DNA of 63,867 bases, filler included, from Octopus bimaculoides (GCF_001194135.2; 4 parts of 3 records of this genome joined end to end with filler, not necessarily neighbours in it); one strand, 5' to 3'. Counted from the first letter of the whole stretch, positions 26,836 to 41,500 are shown. Notes: generated by a model from the letters alone, not told the origin. Translations and numbers: made by a program.

Positions 26836-27530
26836 CGCGCAGTGGAGACGGTAACTGCAATATGAGTTATTTCCGAAGAAGACACTAATTTTCGAAGCGA
26901 AGATTGTGGACAACCGAATTTGTTTAACGACTTCCAGTTCTCATTAGCGAAAGTCGATCAAGGAAATATATTTTCACTTTTATGAAAGACAAAGATAAAT
27001 GCATAGACACGTGCGTGCATATATATNNNNNNNNNNNNNNNNNNNNNNNNNNNNNNNNNNNNNNNNNNNNNNNNNNNNNNNNNNNNNNNNNNNNNNNNNN
27101 NNNNNNNNNNNNNNNNNNNNNNNNNNNNNNNNNNNNNNNNNNNNNNNNNNNNNNNNNNNNNNNNNNNNNNNNNNNNNNNNNNNNNNNNNNNNNNNNNNNN
27201 NNNNNNNNNNNNNNNNNNNNNNNNNNNNNNNNNNNNNNNNNNNNNNNNNNNNNNNNNNNNNNNNNNNNNNNNNNNNNNNNNNNNNNNNNNNNNNNNNNNN
27301 NNNNNNNNNNNNNNNNNNNNNNNNNNNNNNNNNNNNNNNNNNNNNNNNNNNNNNNNNNNNNNNNNNNNNNNNNNNNNNNNNNNNNNNNNNNNNNNNNNNN
27401 NNNNNNNNNNNNNNNNNNNNNNNNNNNNNNNNNNNNNNNNNNNNNNNNNNNNNNNNNNNNNNNNNNNNNNNNNNNNNNNNNNNNNNNNNNNNNNNNNNNN
27501 NNNNNNNNNNNNNNNNNNNNNNNNNNNNNN

Positions 27531-27561
<31 letters not shown>

Positions 27562-27744
27562 CATACATACATACAAACGTACAAACTAAAGTTATAACCG
27601 ATCTCTTTTCTATATTTATTTATCAACAAATAAGCATAAACGGATATCTAGACACACACGCCCGCGCACGCACACCGATATATACATATTATTTATCTAC
27701 ACTCACTCAAGCCTACACACATACATATTCCAATCTTCATCACA

Positions 27745-28032
27745 TGGTCACGTGATCGACCAGACTAACGGATGCTATTATACATCGTTGGTCACAAAGC
27801 GCTTTGCATTGTTTTAGCTTTCAAACGTTTCCACCCGGTTCTCCAGGTAAGCAAACCAGCATTCTCTCCTGATCGGAAGGCTGCTCTGTTGCAGGGGTCA
27901 CCCATTTGCATTTGAGTGGACCGAAGCAACGTGAAATGAAGTATTTTGCTCAAGAAGACAATGTGCAATTTCGTCCAGATATCGCACATACGACCTAACG
28001 ACCGTCACTGCAACACCCTAACCACGAAGCCA
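27745..28032 (-). mobile_element. tRNA-headed SINE, tail type C
   Basis: The reverse complement starts ggcttcgtggttagggtgttgcagtgac and has the core ttgagcaaaatacttcatttcacgttgcttc, followed by a tail unrelated to types A and B. Confidence 0.7.
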
Positions 28033-28766
28033 TGCACTCGTGCCAAATCCTTACTCTTTTACTCATTTACTTGCGGCTTCTTTCAATTTCCGTAGAAGGA
28101 CACAGTTGATCTTCAGATAATGCCCTGTAAACATTTCTGAAATGTCTTTCACTGATAGCCATAGATATAAGAATGCAATATTGCTTAGGCTGTTGGCATT
28201 ATTTTCTGCATTTATAAGATCAAAATTATTCCTTTACAGTTGCAGATTCAGCGACATAAGCTACATCTACATGAATAAAGCAAATATCTTTTTCATGTTG
28301 GTCATCTGATTTCTAAGTAAAATTTTAATCAGTGTTGTAAAGGCGGAAGAAGCGTTTCAAAGCAGATCCTTTTAATAGTCGCTGTTGTCTTGATATGAAT
28401 GACAAAATAGGTTAATGTTTAAGGTCTGTGCTTTGATTTTGTATCAGCAAAATTTACGGAAGTTGGACTTGAAGACATGTACTCATTAAGCGACTTAATG
28501 ACAAAATAATTAGCAGTGAATGACACAGCCATTTACGAATAAATTAAGTATTTATTTCTTGTATATAACACCACGCTTAGTTATTAATTGTGATATTTCG
28601 TATAAGTGAAACAATTTACAAGAGTTGGGCACCTATCAAATAATTCATTTATTTACTGAGAATATTATTTATTATTCGAACTTTTTCCGGGTTTTCTTTT
28701 CTCGAAATTTTCTTTTTCAAAGAAAATTTATCTCTAAAAAATAAACTATATATATATATATGTATG

Positions 28767-28801
<35 letters not shown>

Positions 28802-29588
28802 GTAATAATATAGAGTAAAATCATAAATGATTTTTACCAAGTGGTCAGCGCGGAAATAAAGTGAGACGCAAGCCAAGCCCTTGTTATAATTATGTATATA
28901 ATTATAATATATATATACGCATACTTACATATATAAATGTTTGTTTTATGTTCAGATACAATAAAAACAATTTTGTGTTAATCTGATGGATTACTCTATA
29001 CTTTTGTAGGGCGCAAATTGATTATTTTTAAAGAAGAATGTTATTGAGAGTGATTTCGAAGTTAAGCTTTCTAAGATAGCCGAAACTTCCTAGTCGCTGT
29101 CAATAATACACTTGCTTAAGAACAAATGTATACATATATAATATATATAATAAGAGATGGCCAGAGAGAGAGAGAGAGAAAGGGAGAGAGAAACAAAGAG
29201 AATGAACGAGACAACATCAGGCGTGTCTATTATTGCTGGTTTATACCAAGTACATTTGTCTTAACTTCGACAAATTAAGCACAAGTTATAAATATAACTC
29301 TATCTAAACAAATTAACTTCGAAATACATTTTCTCTGGTTGTTTATTACAAACATTTTCAATGAATGATTGCATTAATTGCTAATAGTAATTGTGAAATG
29401 AGCTCGCGGTTTTGCTAATAGATATTTGTAGTCTACTACATTTTTTGCAATCTTCATATACACAAATATCTATACACACACACACACACATACGTATACA
29501 TATCTATCTAAATATGTATATATACACATGTATACATACATATATGTATTTATGTGTATATACGTATACATACATACATATATATATG

Positions 29589-29643
<55 letters not shown>

Positions 29644-29743
29644 NNNNNNNNNNNNNNNNNNNNNNNNNNNNNNNNNNNNNNNNNNNNTTAATTAATTAAN
29701 NNNNNNNNNNNNNNNNNNNNNNNNNNNNNNNNNNNNNNNNNNN
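29644..29743. other. Artificial scaffold-join linker N44-TTAATTAATTAA-N44
   Basis: Exactly 100 bp. The 12-mer carries stops in all six frames. Identical structure at three sites. Confidence 0.9.
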
Positions 29744-31149
29744 ATATATATATATACATGTGTGCGAGTATATATGCGTCTGTGTGAGCGAGTGTCTGAT
29801 TGAGAGTGTGTATGTCCGTGCCTGTATAAGTATGTATATATCTGCATATCCGTTTAAATATAATTGTGACTCTATGTGCATGTGCCGCGCGCGTGCGTTT
29901 GTGTGTGTGCGCGTGCGTGTGCGCGTGTGTGTATGAGGAGGTGTGTGCGTGTGTATGTGTGTATGTGTTGTGTTGGTGATATATGCTATATGAATCAGGT
30001 TTGATCCGCTGTGTTTGACATGGTTGCCTGAGGGGGAGTCAATTATATATAAGGAAGAAAGAATTAACGAAAGAATAACAGAAAGACAGGGCAGAAAGAA
30101 AGCAAAGAGAGGAAGAGGGTGAAGAAGAACAAAAGCAACAACAACAACAACAACGGCAACAAAAATAGCAGCCACAACAAATACAACAAAATAAAATTAG
30201 CAATGACAATCCACCCTGAAGCTCATTTTGACTCTTTCCTTTTTCTTTTGTAGTTTTATTTAATTTTTCTTCTTAACCAATTCTCCATTTTCCATTCCTT
30301 GTAAAAACCTGCATCTTGATTTGATACGCGGCTACAACAACACGAGCTTAAGCAACCGACTGTCTTCTGTAACCGACGACGGTGGCGGCATAAAATGGCG
30401 ACGGAGATGGATTGCAGTAATGGCAGTGACGTTGTTAGCTGATACGGTAGCCGCAGCAGCGACGCCATTATGCGTCATGGGCGACGATGATAGCAACTGA
30501 TGGGCAATGGCGGCAACTCGGGTGAAGTTGATGGCGGCAACAGCGATATAAATTGTAAAGTCCAGTAAACCTCTTGTGAACGCTGCAACTAATTTTTATC
30601 GCTTCATCTCTACTGAAATCAAACCAAGCAATCAAATTTGCAAATAATTTCTTCATTTCAACTCAATTTTCTCAAAGCTAGCCATCGTCTTTTTACTTAA
30701 AACTAGAAAGTCATTTATGCATAAGAAGGCGTTAGTATGATGGATTTGTCCCTTATTGAATCCACCCTCTCATCTATTTGATTCGGAATTTTGTAAATTG
30801 AGCGGTGGAGTTCTCTTGAGTTGTTTCAGTTTAAATCGTAGTGCCGAGTTCGACTTACTTTTATTCATTTATGTGAGTAAAGAATCATGCATTTTTGCTG
30901 ATCTTGTAATGTACAGGTCAGCGCTGATTCAACACTCTCCAGTTAATGGCACTTACTCAGGCCGTCACCATCCTGTCGTTTTCCTATGTGTATGGAACCC
31001 AAGATCACATTATCCAACGTAAAAGAAATGTTCCTACTATTTCTAATAATTTAAGCACTCTCGCAGTGGGGTTCTCTCGATGACTTGGAGAAAATTTTCG
31101 GTGAACACGAAACGGATTGGTTAAGATTTAGTTAAGATTTGGTTAAGAT

Positions 31150-31915
31150 TTAGTTGCTTTAGATCTTCACTTCATATTTCATTAAGGTCTACGTTACATT
31201 ACATCCTTTCGAGGTAGATAAAATAAGTTCCAGCTGAGCTCTAGGGCTGATGTAATCGATTTACCCCCTATTCCGAAACTGCTGGGTTTGTGTCAAAAAT
31301 TTGAAACCAGTATCATCGCTCTAATTAAAGCAGAGAGCTGGAAGAATTGTTACTGCGTCGGACAAAATGCTTAGAGTTATTCATTCCGGTTCAAATGCAA
31401 CTAAAACTGACTTTACCTTCATCCTTTACGGAGTTGAAAAAAATAAGCACTAAGATCGAAGTAATGGAATAACACCGTTCTCCAAAATTTCAGGCCTCGT
31501 GCCTATTATTTTGATTACGAAGGCGGTAAGCTAGTAGAATAGATGGACATCGGAAAAAAGCTATTTCTTCTGGTTCTTAGCATTCAGAATTGAAGTCCTA
31601 CCGACGTAAACTTTGCCTTCCATTCTTTTGAGATCAAGAAAATAGGCACCAGTCAAATATCGGGTCGGTAGTGTCGACTTATTCCTTCCCCTCAAAACTG
31701 CTGGCCTTGTGTCTAAATTAGAAACCAATATTATAACTGCGGTTAAGAAGGGGGCGAGCTGGCAGAATCACAAAACTGCTTTGTAGTATTTTCTCCGACC
31801 CTTTACATTCTGAGATCAAATCTCATCGAGGTTAACTTTACTTTTCATTTTTTTTTTGGTATGTTGGGAGTGGATACCATAAAACAAAGGTACTAGTCAA
31901 GTACTGAGATCGATG
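31150..31915 (+). mobile_element. Head-to-tail array of four diverged ~190-bp SINE-like units
   Basis: Recurrent modules: g(c)gagctggcagaat, ttc-gagttcaaat, actttgcctttcatcctttc, aaataagtaccag, caaaactgctggccttgtg...aaattagaaaccaat. Units start near 31150, 31330, 31520 and 31745. Confidence 0.7.
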
Positions 31916-32764
31916 GCACTGCAACCATTAATTTCATCCACTTAACCTGATTATAGGGTCAGTGAATTTTTGTGTTGCAGTCGATATGTTTGCTTGACTT
32001 AAACGCCATGTATGATGTTTGAATTAGTCTTCTACGCATGTGTGTGCGTTTGTGTATGAATGTGTTATATGAGCTGCTACAAACAGCAGCCAAATTTTAC
32101 TCAAAGCACTTCCTCCCTTTTTGAAAAAAAGTGATGACATGGCACGAATGCCATCCGTGCAAATATGTGTGTATAGAACAACAATAGAAACAAAAATAAT
32201 AACAAGATCATCATCCGCGGCAGCAACACCATCATTACCACCAACACTACATTGAACACGATTTTGACACTTCGACCATCATACATCTCAAAAATAAGAA
32301 CGAACTCCATAGATTTAAAAGTTTATAAGATCCAAAATCTCAGAAGCCTCAGACAAAATCACAAACACAGTTGGAATAGCTTTTCTTATAGGTCCGTTCG
32401 GTCAGACCTAACCTGTGGCTAAACAATGACAGGAAATGACGGGACATTTAAGCCGTCGTTGGATTTGCAATATATAACATTGAAATCTCTTCAAATCACA
32501 CATAGTCTGTAAGGTATAAGAAATGGCTACCTAATATACCTTAAATCGCATATCTACAATATTAAAAGTACAATAATGGAAGCATTAGTTAATGTAGTCT
32601 TTAATATATCAGAAAACAGAAGACATCTTTCCAATCTTAAAGGAAAAACCATTTGCACGATGTAACACCAATATATAAGAAACGTGCGATAACTTTTTAT
32701 TTGCGAAACTGAAAGCTACATTGCGGTGTCTAGTCCAAGATACCCTCAAAATACAATGATACCA

Positions 32765-32802
<38 letters not shown>

Positions 32803-33219
32803 AAATGGATAGTACGCTTTGTTAACTCCACCTCAGAATATACATCCGATTTTCCCCAACATCAAACACCCTACAGTATTAAATAGAAAAGAAGATCATA
32901 CAAAGCTAGTGTCGGTCTTTCTCAAATCAGACACACCACAGTTTTTTAAAAGGAAGAATACATTAGATAATCTAGTCCCTGATATGTAAAAAGGACAATA
33001 GTCACACTTGATCTGAAAACAACAAATACGAAAACCTCTATAGGGAACCAGCGATAGTTCCACCAAGCGGCGATTCAAATTTGCAGAAATAGCAGCCAAA
33101 TATCAGTCACATCACACAAACACAAATACTACAGAGTTTTGACAGAAAGGACGAATTGATAGTGTAGTCCATACATATACATACACAGAGATTCAGACAG
33201 ACAGGCAGACAGACGTTCG

Positions 33220-33610
33220 CGTAAGAATTGCTGCGTGGTTAAAAAGTTTGCTTCGCCAAAATATGATTTCGGATTCAATCCCATCGTGCAGCATTTTCAG
33301 CACGCTTTTCTTCCGTAGCATGGGCCGATTGGTGCCTTGTAAATGAATTTGGTAGATTGCAGTCAGAAACTCTAATAATCGTATATGTATCTATGTGCAT
33401 GTGTCTATGCGTGCTCGGCGTGTTGTGTGTCTGTCTCTCAACGCTTGACAGATTGTTTTAGCGTTTGACGTCCTAGTGACATAGTTATTCTATCGGCAAA
33501 GACTCAGATAGATAGACTACCAAAATTAAAATAAGCACTTCATTTGTTCGACTAAATTCATCAAGGTAGTATTCCAACATATCCACAGTCTAATGACTAA
33601 AACCGCTAAA
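33220..33610 (+). mobile_element. Diverged copy of the major SINE (left arm of an inverted duplication)
   Basis: Head gctgcgtggttaaaaagtttgctt...ggattcaatccc, gccttgtaaatgaatttggtag, and tail acagtctaatgactaaaac. Confidence 0.7.
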
Positions 33611-33714
33611 GGGGCACTATACAAACACACACACGCAACTCACACACCAACATATACACACACGCTGAAATTTTGCTGGTTATTTGCAGCTTGTGCAGAT
33701 CTACAATGAAAGCC

Positions 33715-33856
33715 TTCCTTCGAATAAATCCGTCGAGCAAATCTAGTGCTTATTTTAATTTTAGTAGACATTCTGTGTCTTTGCCGATAGAATAGCAATG
33801 TCACTAGAACATCAAACGCTAAAACAAGTTGCCAAGCGTTGAGAGACAAGCGCGCG

Positions 33857-33901
<45 letters not shown>

Positions 33902-34075
33902 ACACACATGCACATAGACACGTGCACATAGACTCCTATCTACCAAATTCATTTACAAGGCACCAATCAGCCCGAGCTACGAAAGAAAAGCGTGCTGAAA
34001 ATGCTGCACGATGGGATTGAATCCGAAATCATGTGTTAGCGAAGCAAACCTCTTAACAACACAACCATTCTTACA
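33715..34075 (-). mobile_element. Inverted copy of the same SINE (right arm)
   Basis: Near-exact reverse complement of 33220-33570 over long stretches. Confidence 0.7.
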
Positions 34076-34440
34076 CGAACGTCTGTCTGTCTGTCTGAAT
34101 CTCCGTATGTGTGTATGTATAGATGTGTATGTGTGTATGTATAGATGTGTATGTGTGTGAGTTTGTGTGTGTGTGTGTGTGTGTATGTATGTGTGTGTGT
34201 GTGTGTGTGTGTGTGACAGGTTGAGGGATAGAGAGGAAGACTGATAGACTGAGAATTGTAAGAAGGGAGGTATATGACGAAAACCAATAGCGAAACGATA
34301 ACATTTGTTCCAGCTGTTAACCTCAGATTAATATTGAAATCTAAACGAATATTTACTCGTAGGTCTTTTCTCTCTTTCTCTCTTACTCACTCTTCATTTA
34401 TTTCTGTCATCCTCGTTCCCTCTCTGCCCCTCTCTGTCTG

Positions 34441-34474
<34 letters not shown>

Positions 34475-34762
34475 CCCTGGTCTCTTACTTTTCAATGTAT
34501 CTTTTCAGTTGGACAATATGACACTATCACAATAAATAAATAGCACTAGAGACCAAGTGTTCTCATTGCCCTATAGCTAATAACCAAAGCTCAGTAACCA
34601 ATGCGGTTTCGCCCTCCTCTACCTTTTCTACTGGTTCCAAGCCGCTGTGCTATTGCCATGATGTGTCACCACCAAAACAAAGGCCATATTTTTTTTTATG
34701 CCACACCTGCCACATACAGTCATTTATCTTTCAGTAAAGCCTTGCTCATTTTTCCTATTTAT

Positions 34763-34819
<57 letters not shown>

Positions 34820-35147
34820 TGCACGCACAGATACACACACATNNNNNNNNNNNNNNNNNNNNNNNNNNNNNNNNNNNNNNNNNNNNNNNNNNNNNNNNNN
34901 NNNNNNNNNNNNNNNNNNNNNNNNNNNNNNNNNNNNNNNNNNNNNNNNNNNNNNNNNNNNNNNNNNNNNNNNNNNNNNNNNNNNNNNNNNNNNNNNNNNN
35001 NNNNNNNNNNNNNNNNNNNNNNNNNNNNNNNNNNNNNNNNNNNNNNNNNNNNNNNNNNNNNNNNNNNNNNNNNNNNNNNAGACAAACACACAGAAGAAAC
35101 ACATACGCACACACATACACATACACAAACACACACACGCAAACACT

Positions 35148-35179
<32 letters not shown>

Positions 35180-37235
35180 GTGCACAATACACATATACTG
35201 TAATTAGTTCTATTTCTTAATCTCTTCTAAACTGTTTTTCTTGTGTCTTTCTCTCTTTGCTTTCTTCTTTTTCTTTTTTTTCTTCTTTCTATATATATAT
35301 ATATTTGTTTTGCTTTGCTTTATTTCTTTCTTTCTAGCATTCTTTTACTTCTTCGTTCTTTGTTTTCTTTCTTTTCTTCCTCTACTCTTCTATCGTTCTT
35401 CCTAAACTCTTTTATTTCCTTATTTCCCGTTCTTCCTTCCTTTCTTTATTCATCCTCCATGCCTTTGTGTGTGAATGTGTGTGCCTGTGTATGTGCGAGT
35501 ATGTGTGTGTAGTTTGTATATGTTTGTGTGTGTGTATGGGCGTGTTTGTGTATAATAAGTGTCTGTGTGTGCTTGAGCTAGAATGTGTCTATATGTCTAT
35601 ATCTGCCCGTGTGTATGCGTACATATGCGTTCATGTGCGTCTGTATTTGTCTTTCTATATATACATATATCTTTGAGAGTATGTTCATCTTTATGTGTGA
35701 GAATCTATGTGTGTGCATGTGTGCGTGTGTGTATATGTATGCGTGTGCTTATATGTGTGCGTGAAGCTGTGTGTATGTGTACGTATGTTATGTTCCCACC
35801 TTCCGTCTATCTATTTGTTTCCTAAATTAGTTCCCACCCCAAATTTCTCTCTTTTTCTTTTATTTATCTGTCTCTCCCTTTCCTTCTAAATTGGACTGAA
35901 GAATCTCGGCCCTTCACCAAAACCCCCGCCCCCCACCGCATACTTCCTATCGTTTTACTCCTCCCTGTATCCCACCCATTACTACATGTCCTCCGTACCA
36001 ATTCTTACTTCTGGCCATATAGCAGAATAGCCGCCAATAGACAAAAAGACAAGAATAATCTTGATACTGTTGCTGCGTACAATATAATAATAACATAAAA
36101 TAAAATGAACAAGTAAAATATAAAATATAATATATAATAATATAAACTAAAATTAAAAAAATACAACATAAAAATACCCTTCTTAGCCTTTTAGCCGCTG
36201 CCTCATGCTAGGCAGATTATGATGAAGCACATTGGAAGATTCCGAAAACAAATCTTCAAGCTTAACGAATCATTTTATTGAATTGATTCACAATATTTTC
36301 TTTTGTATAATGATGCTTCCTCGAACTTTCGCCTCCGGAGGTTTGTGCCTCGGGTGTAAAAAAGAGTGCGTAGCAATTTTCACCATGTCAGATATTTCAA
36401 TAAGAATAAGGAAACAACAGAAAGAACGAAATATGTAGAAAACAGACAAAGAAAATATCAAATGTGAAGAAAATGCGATAAAGACCATAACATATATATA
36501 TATATATGCACATACACATACACATATATACGTAAATAAAAATTATATCTTATATATATGTGTATATGTGTATATATATGTGTATATGTATATATATATA
36601 TATACATATATATTCTTTTTTAAAATCAACTAGATTTTTCATTTTACAACAATTTGTAACTAGAGTTAAACATATTAAACATATGTACAAAACAACATAG
36701 TGAAATTAGTGAATTTGTGGACATCCAAATACACAAACAAGCACGTATAAGCATATCTATATATATGTGTGTGTGTGTTTGTGTGTGTGTGTACATACAT
36801 ACATATATACATGCATACACACATATATACATATAGGCGTACGTGAAAATAAATTTGATGATGGAAAACATAGTGAGAATGTGTACAAATACATACATGA
36901 ATTAATGTATACATCGACTTATAGGAAATGTGCGCTCACATATAAACCACCACCATGTTGCACACACAATTTACACATCACATGCAAACGAATAAATTTG
37001 GTTTCATTCTCTCTTTTTCTCCCTCACTCCCTCTCTGACTGTGTCTGTGTATGTGTGAGTCTACACGTGTATATTAATATACGTGATGCCTGTTGTCAAT
37101 GAAAAATTCTGCCATATAATTTATAATTTGAAATTTATATTCACCTTCCTTTATATATTATACATACATTTAAAGTCATTCTGACGACATCACACCACCG
37201 ATTTATACACATACAGGGAGAAAAATCAATGCATA

Positions 37236-37280
<45 letters not shown>

Positions 37281-38427
37281 GTTCACTCGCAGGTGCATAT
37301 ATATCAATATATATCTGCTTTTTACATATACAAACACACATACTTTTATACGGATACATATACACACTTCATCATCAACATATACATCCACAGGAGGTGA
37401 AATTCCTCAACAAATTCTACACTATAATCATACACAACAAAAAACTTCAGAAAATGTTATTGCATGCATAAATACATACATACATACATATATACATACA
37501 TAAAAATNNNNNNNNNNNNNNNNNNNNNNNNNNNNNNNNNNNNNNNNNNNNNNNNNNNNNNNNNNNNNNNNNNNNNNNNNNNNNNNNNNNNNNNNNNNNN
37601 NNNNNNNNNNNNNNNNNNNNNNNNNNNNNNNNNNNNNNNNNNNNNNNNNNNNNNNNNNNNNNNNNNNNNNNNNNNNNNNNNNNNNNNNNNNNNNNNNNNN
37701 NNNNNNNNNNNNNNNNNNNNNTATATATATATATATATATATGCATACATACATAGATATATGCATATAGACATTACATGTATATACATATATATATACA
37801 TATTTACATATGTGTGTGTGCGTGCGTGTGTGTGCAGTCATATTTGTATATGTTTAAATATGTTTATATATGTTTATACGTCTGTATATGTGTAATAGTA
37901 TGCAAGTACACCAGAACAGGTTTGAATTAATTTTGACAAACTCAGAATTTTTAGTATGAAATAAAACGTCAAGAATACTATTATTATTCCTCAATAGAAT
38001 ATATTTTCTTTGCAATCTGTTTATTCAGGGCTGAAGACAAAAGCTGAATGCCAAAATAATTCAAAGACGGCATTTCAACGCCAAGTCTTCTAGCAAACTG
38101 TATTAATTCTATATTGATATTTTGAAAAAGATAATAAGAAAAAAAGAAAGAAAAATGAATAAAAGAAATAAACGAAGATTATACAAATATAAGCACACAT
38201 GTACACACATACCTGAACACACATGCAAAGAAGTACATACAGAAACGCGTATTTATACACACGCATAGATATTTATATTCCAGCGCCGTCAGAACATTTG
38301 CACGAAACAGTAATATCAAATGAAAATGTGTTCTCCACCATTATTCACACGCTGATCTTCTCCATTTCTCTCACACTCTCTCAATGTGTGTGCGTGTGTA
38401 TATGTGTGCATATATATGTAGTTATAC

Positions 38428-38483
<56 letters not shown>

Positions 38484-38493
38484 ATCATGTTTC

Positions 38494-38535
<42 letters not shown>

Positions 38536-41500
38536 ATATATATATATATATATATATNNNNNNNNNNNNNNNNNNNNNNNNNNNNNNNNNNNNNNNNNNN
38601 NNNNNNNNNNNNNNNNNNNNNNNNNNNNNNNNNNNNNNNNNNNNNNNNNNNNNNNNNNNNNNNNNNNNNNNNNNNNNNNNNNNNNNNNNNNNNNNNNNNN
38701 NNNNNNNNNNNNNNNNNNNNNNNNNNNNNNNNNNNNNNNNNNNNNNNNNNNNNNNNNNNNNNNNNNNNNNNNNNNNNNNNNNNNNNNNNNNNNNNNNNNN
38801 NNNNNNNNNNNNNNNNNNNNNNNNNNNNNNNNNNNNNNNNNNNNNNNNNNNNNNNNNNNNNNNNNNNNNNNNNNNNNNNNNNNNNNNNNNNNNNNNNNNN
38901 NNNNNNNNNNNNNNNNNNNNNNNNNNNNNNNNNNNNNNNNNNNNNNNNNTATATATATATATACATATATATATATATAGATAGATAGATAAATAAATAG
39001 ATACATACATATATGCATTCATAGTTAAATACTTAGATTTACACACATAAGTATACATTATATACAGATACTTGACTACACACACGTACATACACATCTG
39101 TAGAAATACATACATGCATATATACATTATTGAAAGTGTCTTTAAAAAGGATGATTTGCAGACTACAAAACGCGATCTGAAACGAATATTTTTGTATATT
39201 TATTTTTTTACTGTATAGAAGAAAACGAAAATTTATATAGAAAAAATGACAACGAAAATCATCTGTTTTTGAGAGGATCTATAATTCTTGGTATTTCTTG
39301 TATTTTGTTTGTTTTCTATCAGTTCTTTCATGGCTTTCTATCTATATTCCTTCGAGAATAATAAAGAAGCCTTCCCTTCAGGCTATAATTCCTCATACTG
39401 ATTTTGTAATGATTTCCTAGAAAACTGATTTGAGCTTAAACAAAAATATGTCACTCAAAATGAAGGCGATGTTTCTATGAATTGATATGCTAATTGTAAA
39501 TAGTAGAAAACATTTGCATAAACCAAATCTTAAGTTATACATACAACCAAACAAAAGATATTGTAGGATGGTAGGTTGATGACAGAGCACAGAAATTCAC
39601 TGAATGTTAGAAAAAAAACCGTTTTGTGTTCTCTGTTAGATTATAGATTCAGCATTGTGGATTAGCGTATTGGACAACCTGCTAAATGTTTTGTTGGTTC
39701 AAATATCACCACAATGTACACGTTGCCAAAATTACTTGAATTTCACAACAATTCGGTCTATTGAGTCGTAATACAAGATATAACATATGTTACATGCGTA
39801 AACGTTACAAGACTGCGATAGTGATACGATTTTTAATGTGGTCATAGACTCTGCTAGCAATAGCAGCAAGTAAACCACCCTTAAACCATGCAGTACTGTT
39901 TCTATAAAAATTGGTGCCTGACACGAAACTTTGGTTTTGAAAGTTGTATTTTTTGCAGAACTTAATACTCAGTGTTTAGCAACAAGTTCCTTTCCGGCCC
40001 ATTTTGTGTAAGGGCCCAGCTTGCGCTTGAGATGTCCACAACTCTTCAATTTGTTGTCTAAAATCTTAAGAGATCAAGAAGTGGATACGGACGTTTTAGC
40101 AAAACGTCTAAACTTAATTTTATCTGAGATTTCAGACGAGCCTGTATCGCGACAAGAAATATAAATGAGGTTAGCGAGACATCGCTCCCTCCTTCACAAA
40201 AATTCAACCTCAGAAATAGGGTCGTGGTGGGGGGTGGGACATTGGACATATGAAGGGCTGTGACCCAGCGTCGCTAAACAGCAGCAGCAACAACAGTAGC
40301 AACAGTATCAGCAGCAACAGCAGCAGTAGCAGTAGCAGCAACAGCAGCAGTAGCAACGGCAGCAGCAACAGTAGCAGTAGCTGCAACAATAACAGCAACA
40401 ACAACAGTATTAACACAGCACTGACAGGCACTGCAGTGCTAGAAACATGAAATATTTTACCTTGTTAGCAAGTATTGCGTTAAATTTCTTCCTCCTTCGT
40501 ACCTTAGAAAGAATTTTGTTTTCTCTTTAGAGTTGAAATTTTCAGGATTATCGTTGTAGTTCTTCCAATGACGGGAACTGTTAAAGTTAGTTCGAAGTTT
40601 ATGTGGTGTCGTTTCTGCATGACGATTCTTGAACTAACTCTTTGACGTGGTAGTATACGAAGCAGTCTTTCTAGAATTGCTCATCCCGCTGGAATTATCC
40701 TCCAATCCTCATTGAAGTCACGACCTTGTGTCTTAACGGTGGGGAACAGTAAAATAGTTGTATTATCATGTCTGGATTATAATTCTATTTGGGCAGGACT
40801 GATATGAGACTAACCAAAATTAGCATCAATGGAATATGATGGATGAATGAAAATTACTCGATAAGGCGGTTTATGTTTCTACAATTTTAGTCTCAGTAAG
40901 ATTAATTTGGTCTTTTATATCGGCCACTTCAAGAGAAATATGACGTGCGTTTTACTATTTTATTGCGTACATTATTATTTCATAGAACGGCAGTTAACGC
41001 TTCTGTGTCATCTTCCTGCAAATATTAATATTTAGTGTATGTTTTAATACTGATTTATTTTGCTGCGATGGATTCACCGACTCACAGCTCACTCATTTCG
41101 AATATCATTCATTCGAATATAGTTTCCTTCATATCGAATAAAGCTGAGGTTTTGTTATTATTTAGTCGGTTGAGGTAGAACAATACTCTTAAACATTTTG
41201 TTCGGGGCTTCTGAGGCATGTGTGAGGAAAGACGAAATATTTTGATATCTTCAAACTGGAAAACTGTCCGAAGATTTGTAGCTGAGTTGATTCAAATAAA
41301 AAGCACCCAAACGTCTGGTGATGATGTCACACATAACAAACAAAGTCCTTCAGCCAAGTTTCACTGACAATATTTAGCAGACCTGAGGCTGTGGGAGAAG
41401 GTATTGTTTGCATAAGGGGAGTAGCATTAAGATTAAACGTGGGGCCCTGATTATGAAGAGATATAACCAATCACATATATTAAGCGAATTTATAGGATCA

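Noticed and set aside
30256-30656. GC-richer stretch with adjacent short ORFs and AAAATGGCG
   Set aside because: It looks like degenerate GGC/GAC trinucleotide sequence; the ATG frame closes after 15 codons and there is no recognisable homology.
32766-32800. A35 run as a retrocopy tail
   Set aside because: No AATAAA upstream, no target-site duplication and no coding remnant.
40030-40180. Helical-looking peptide RCPQLFNLLSKILRDQEVDTDVLAKRLNLILSEISDEP
   Set aside because: Short, with no start or convincing splice sites, and no recognised family.
41381-41400. 20-nt AG...GT segment translating DLRLWEK
   Set aside because: Poor polypyrimidine tract and no companion exons; compatible with chance.
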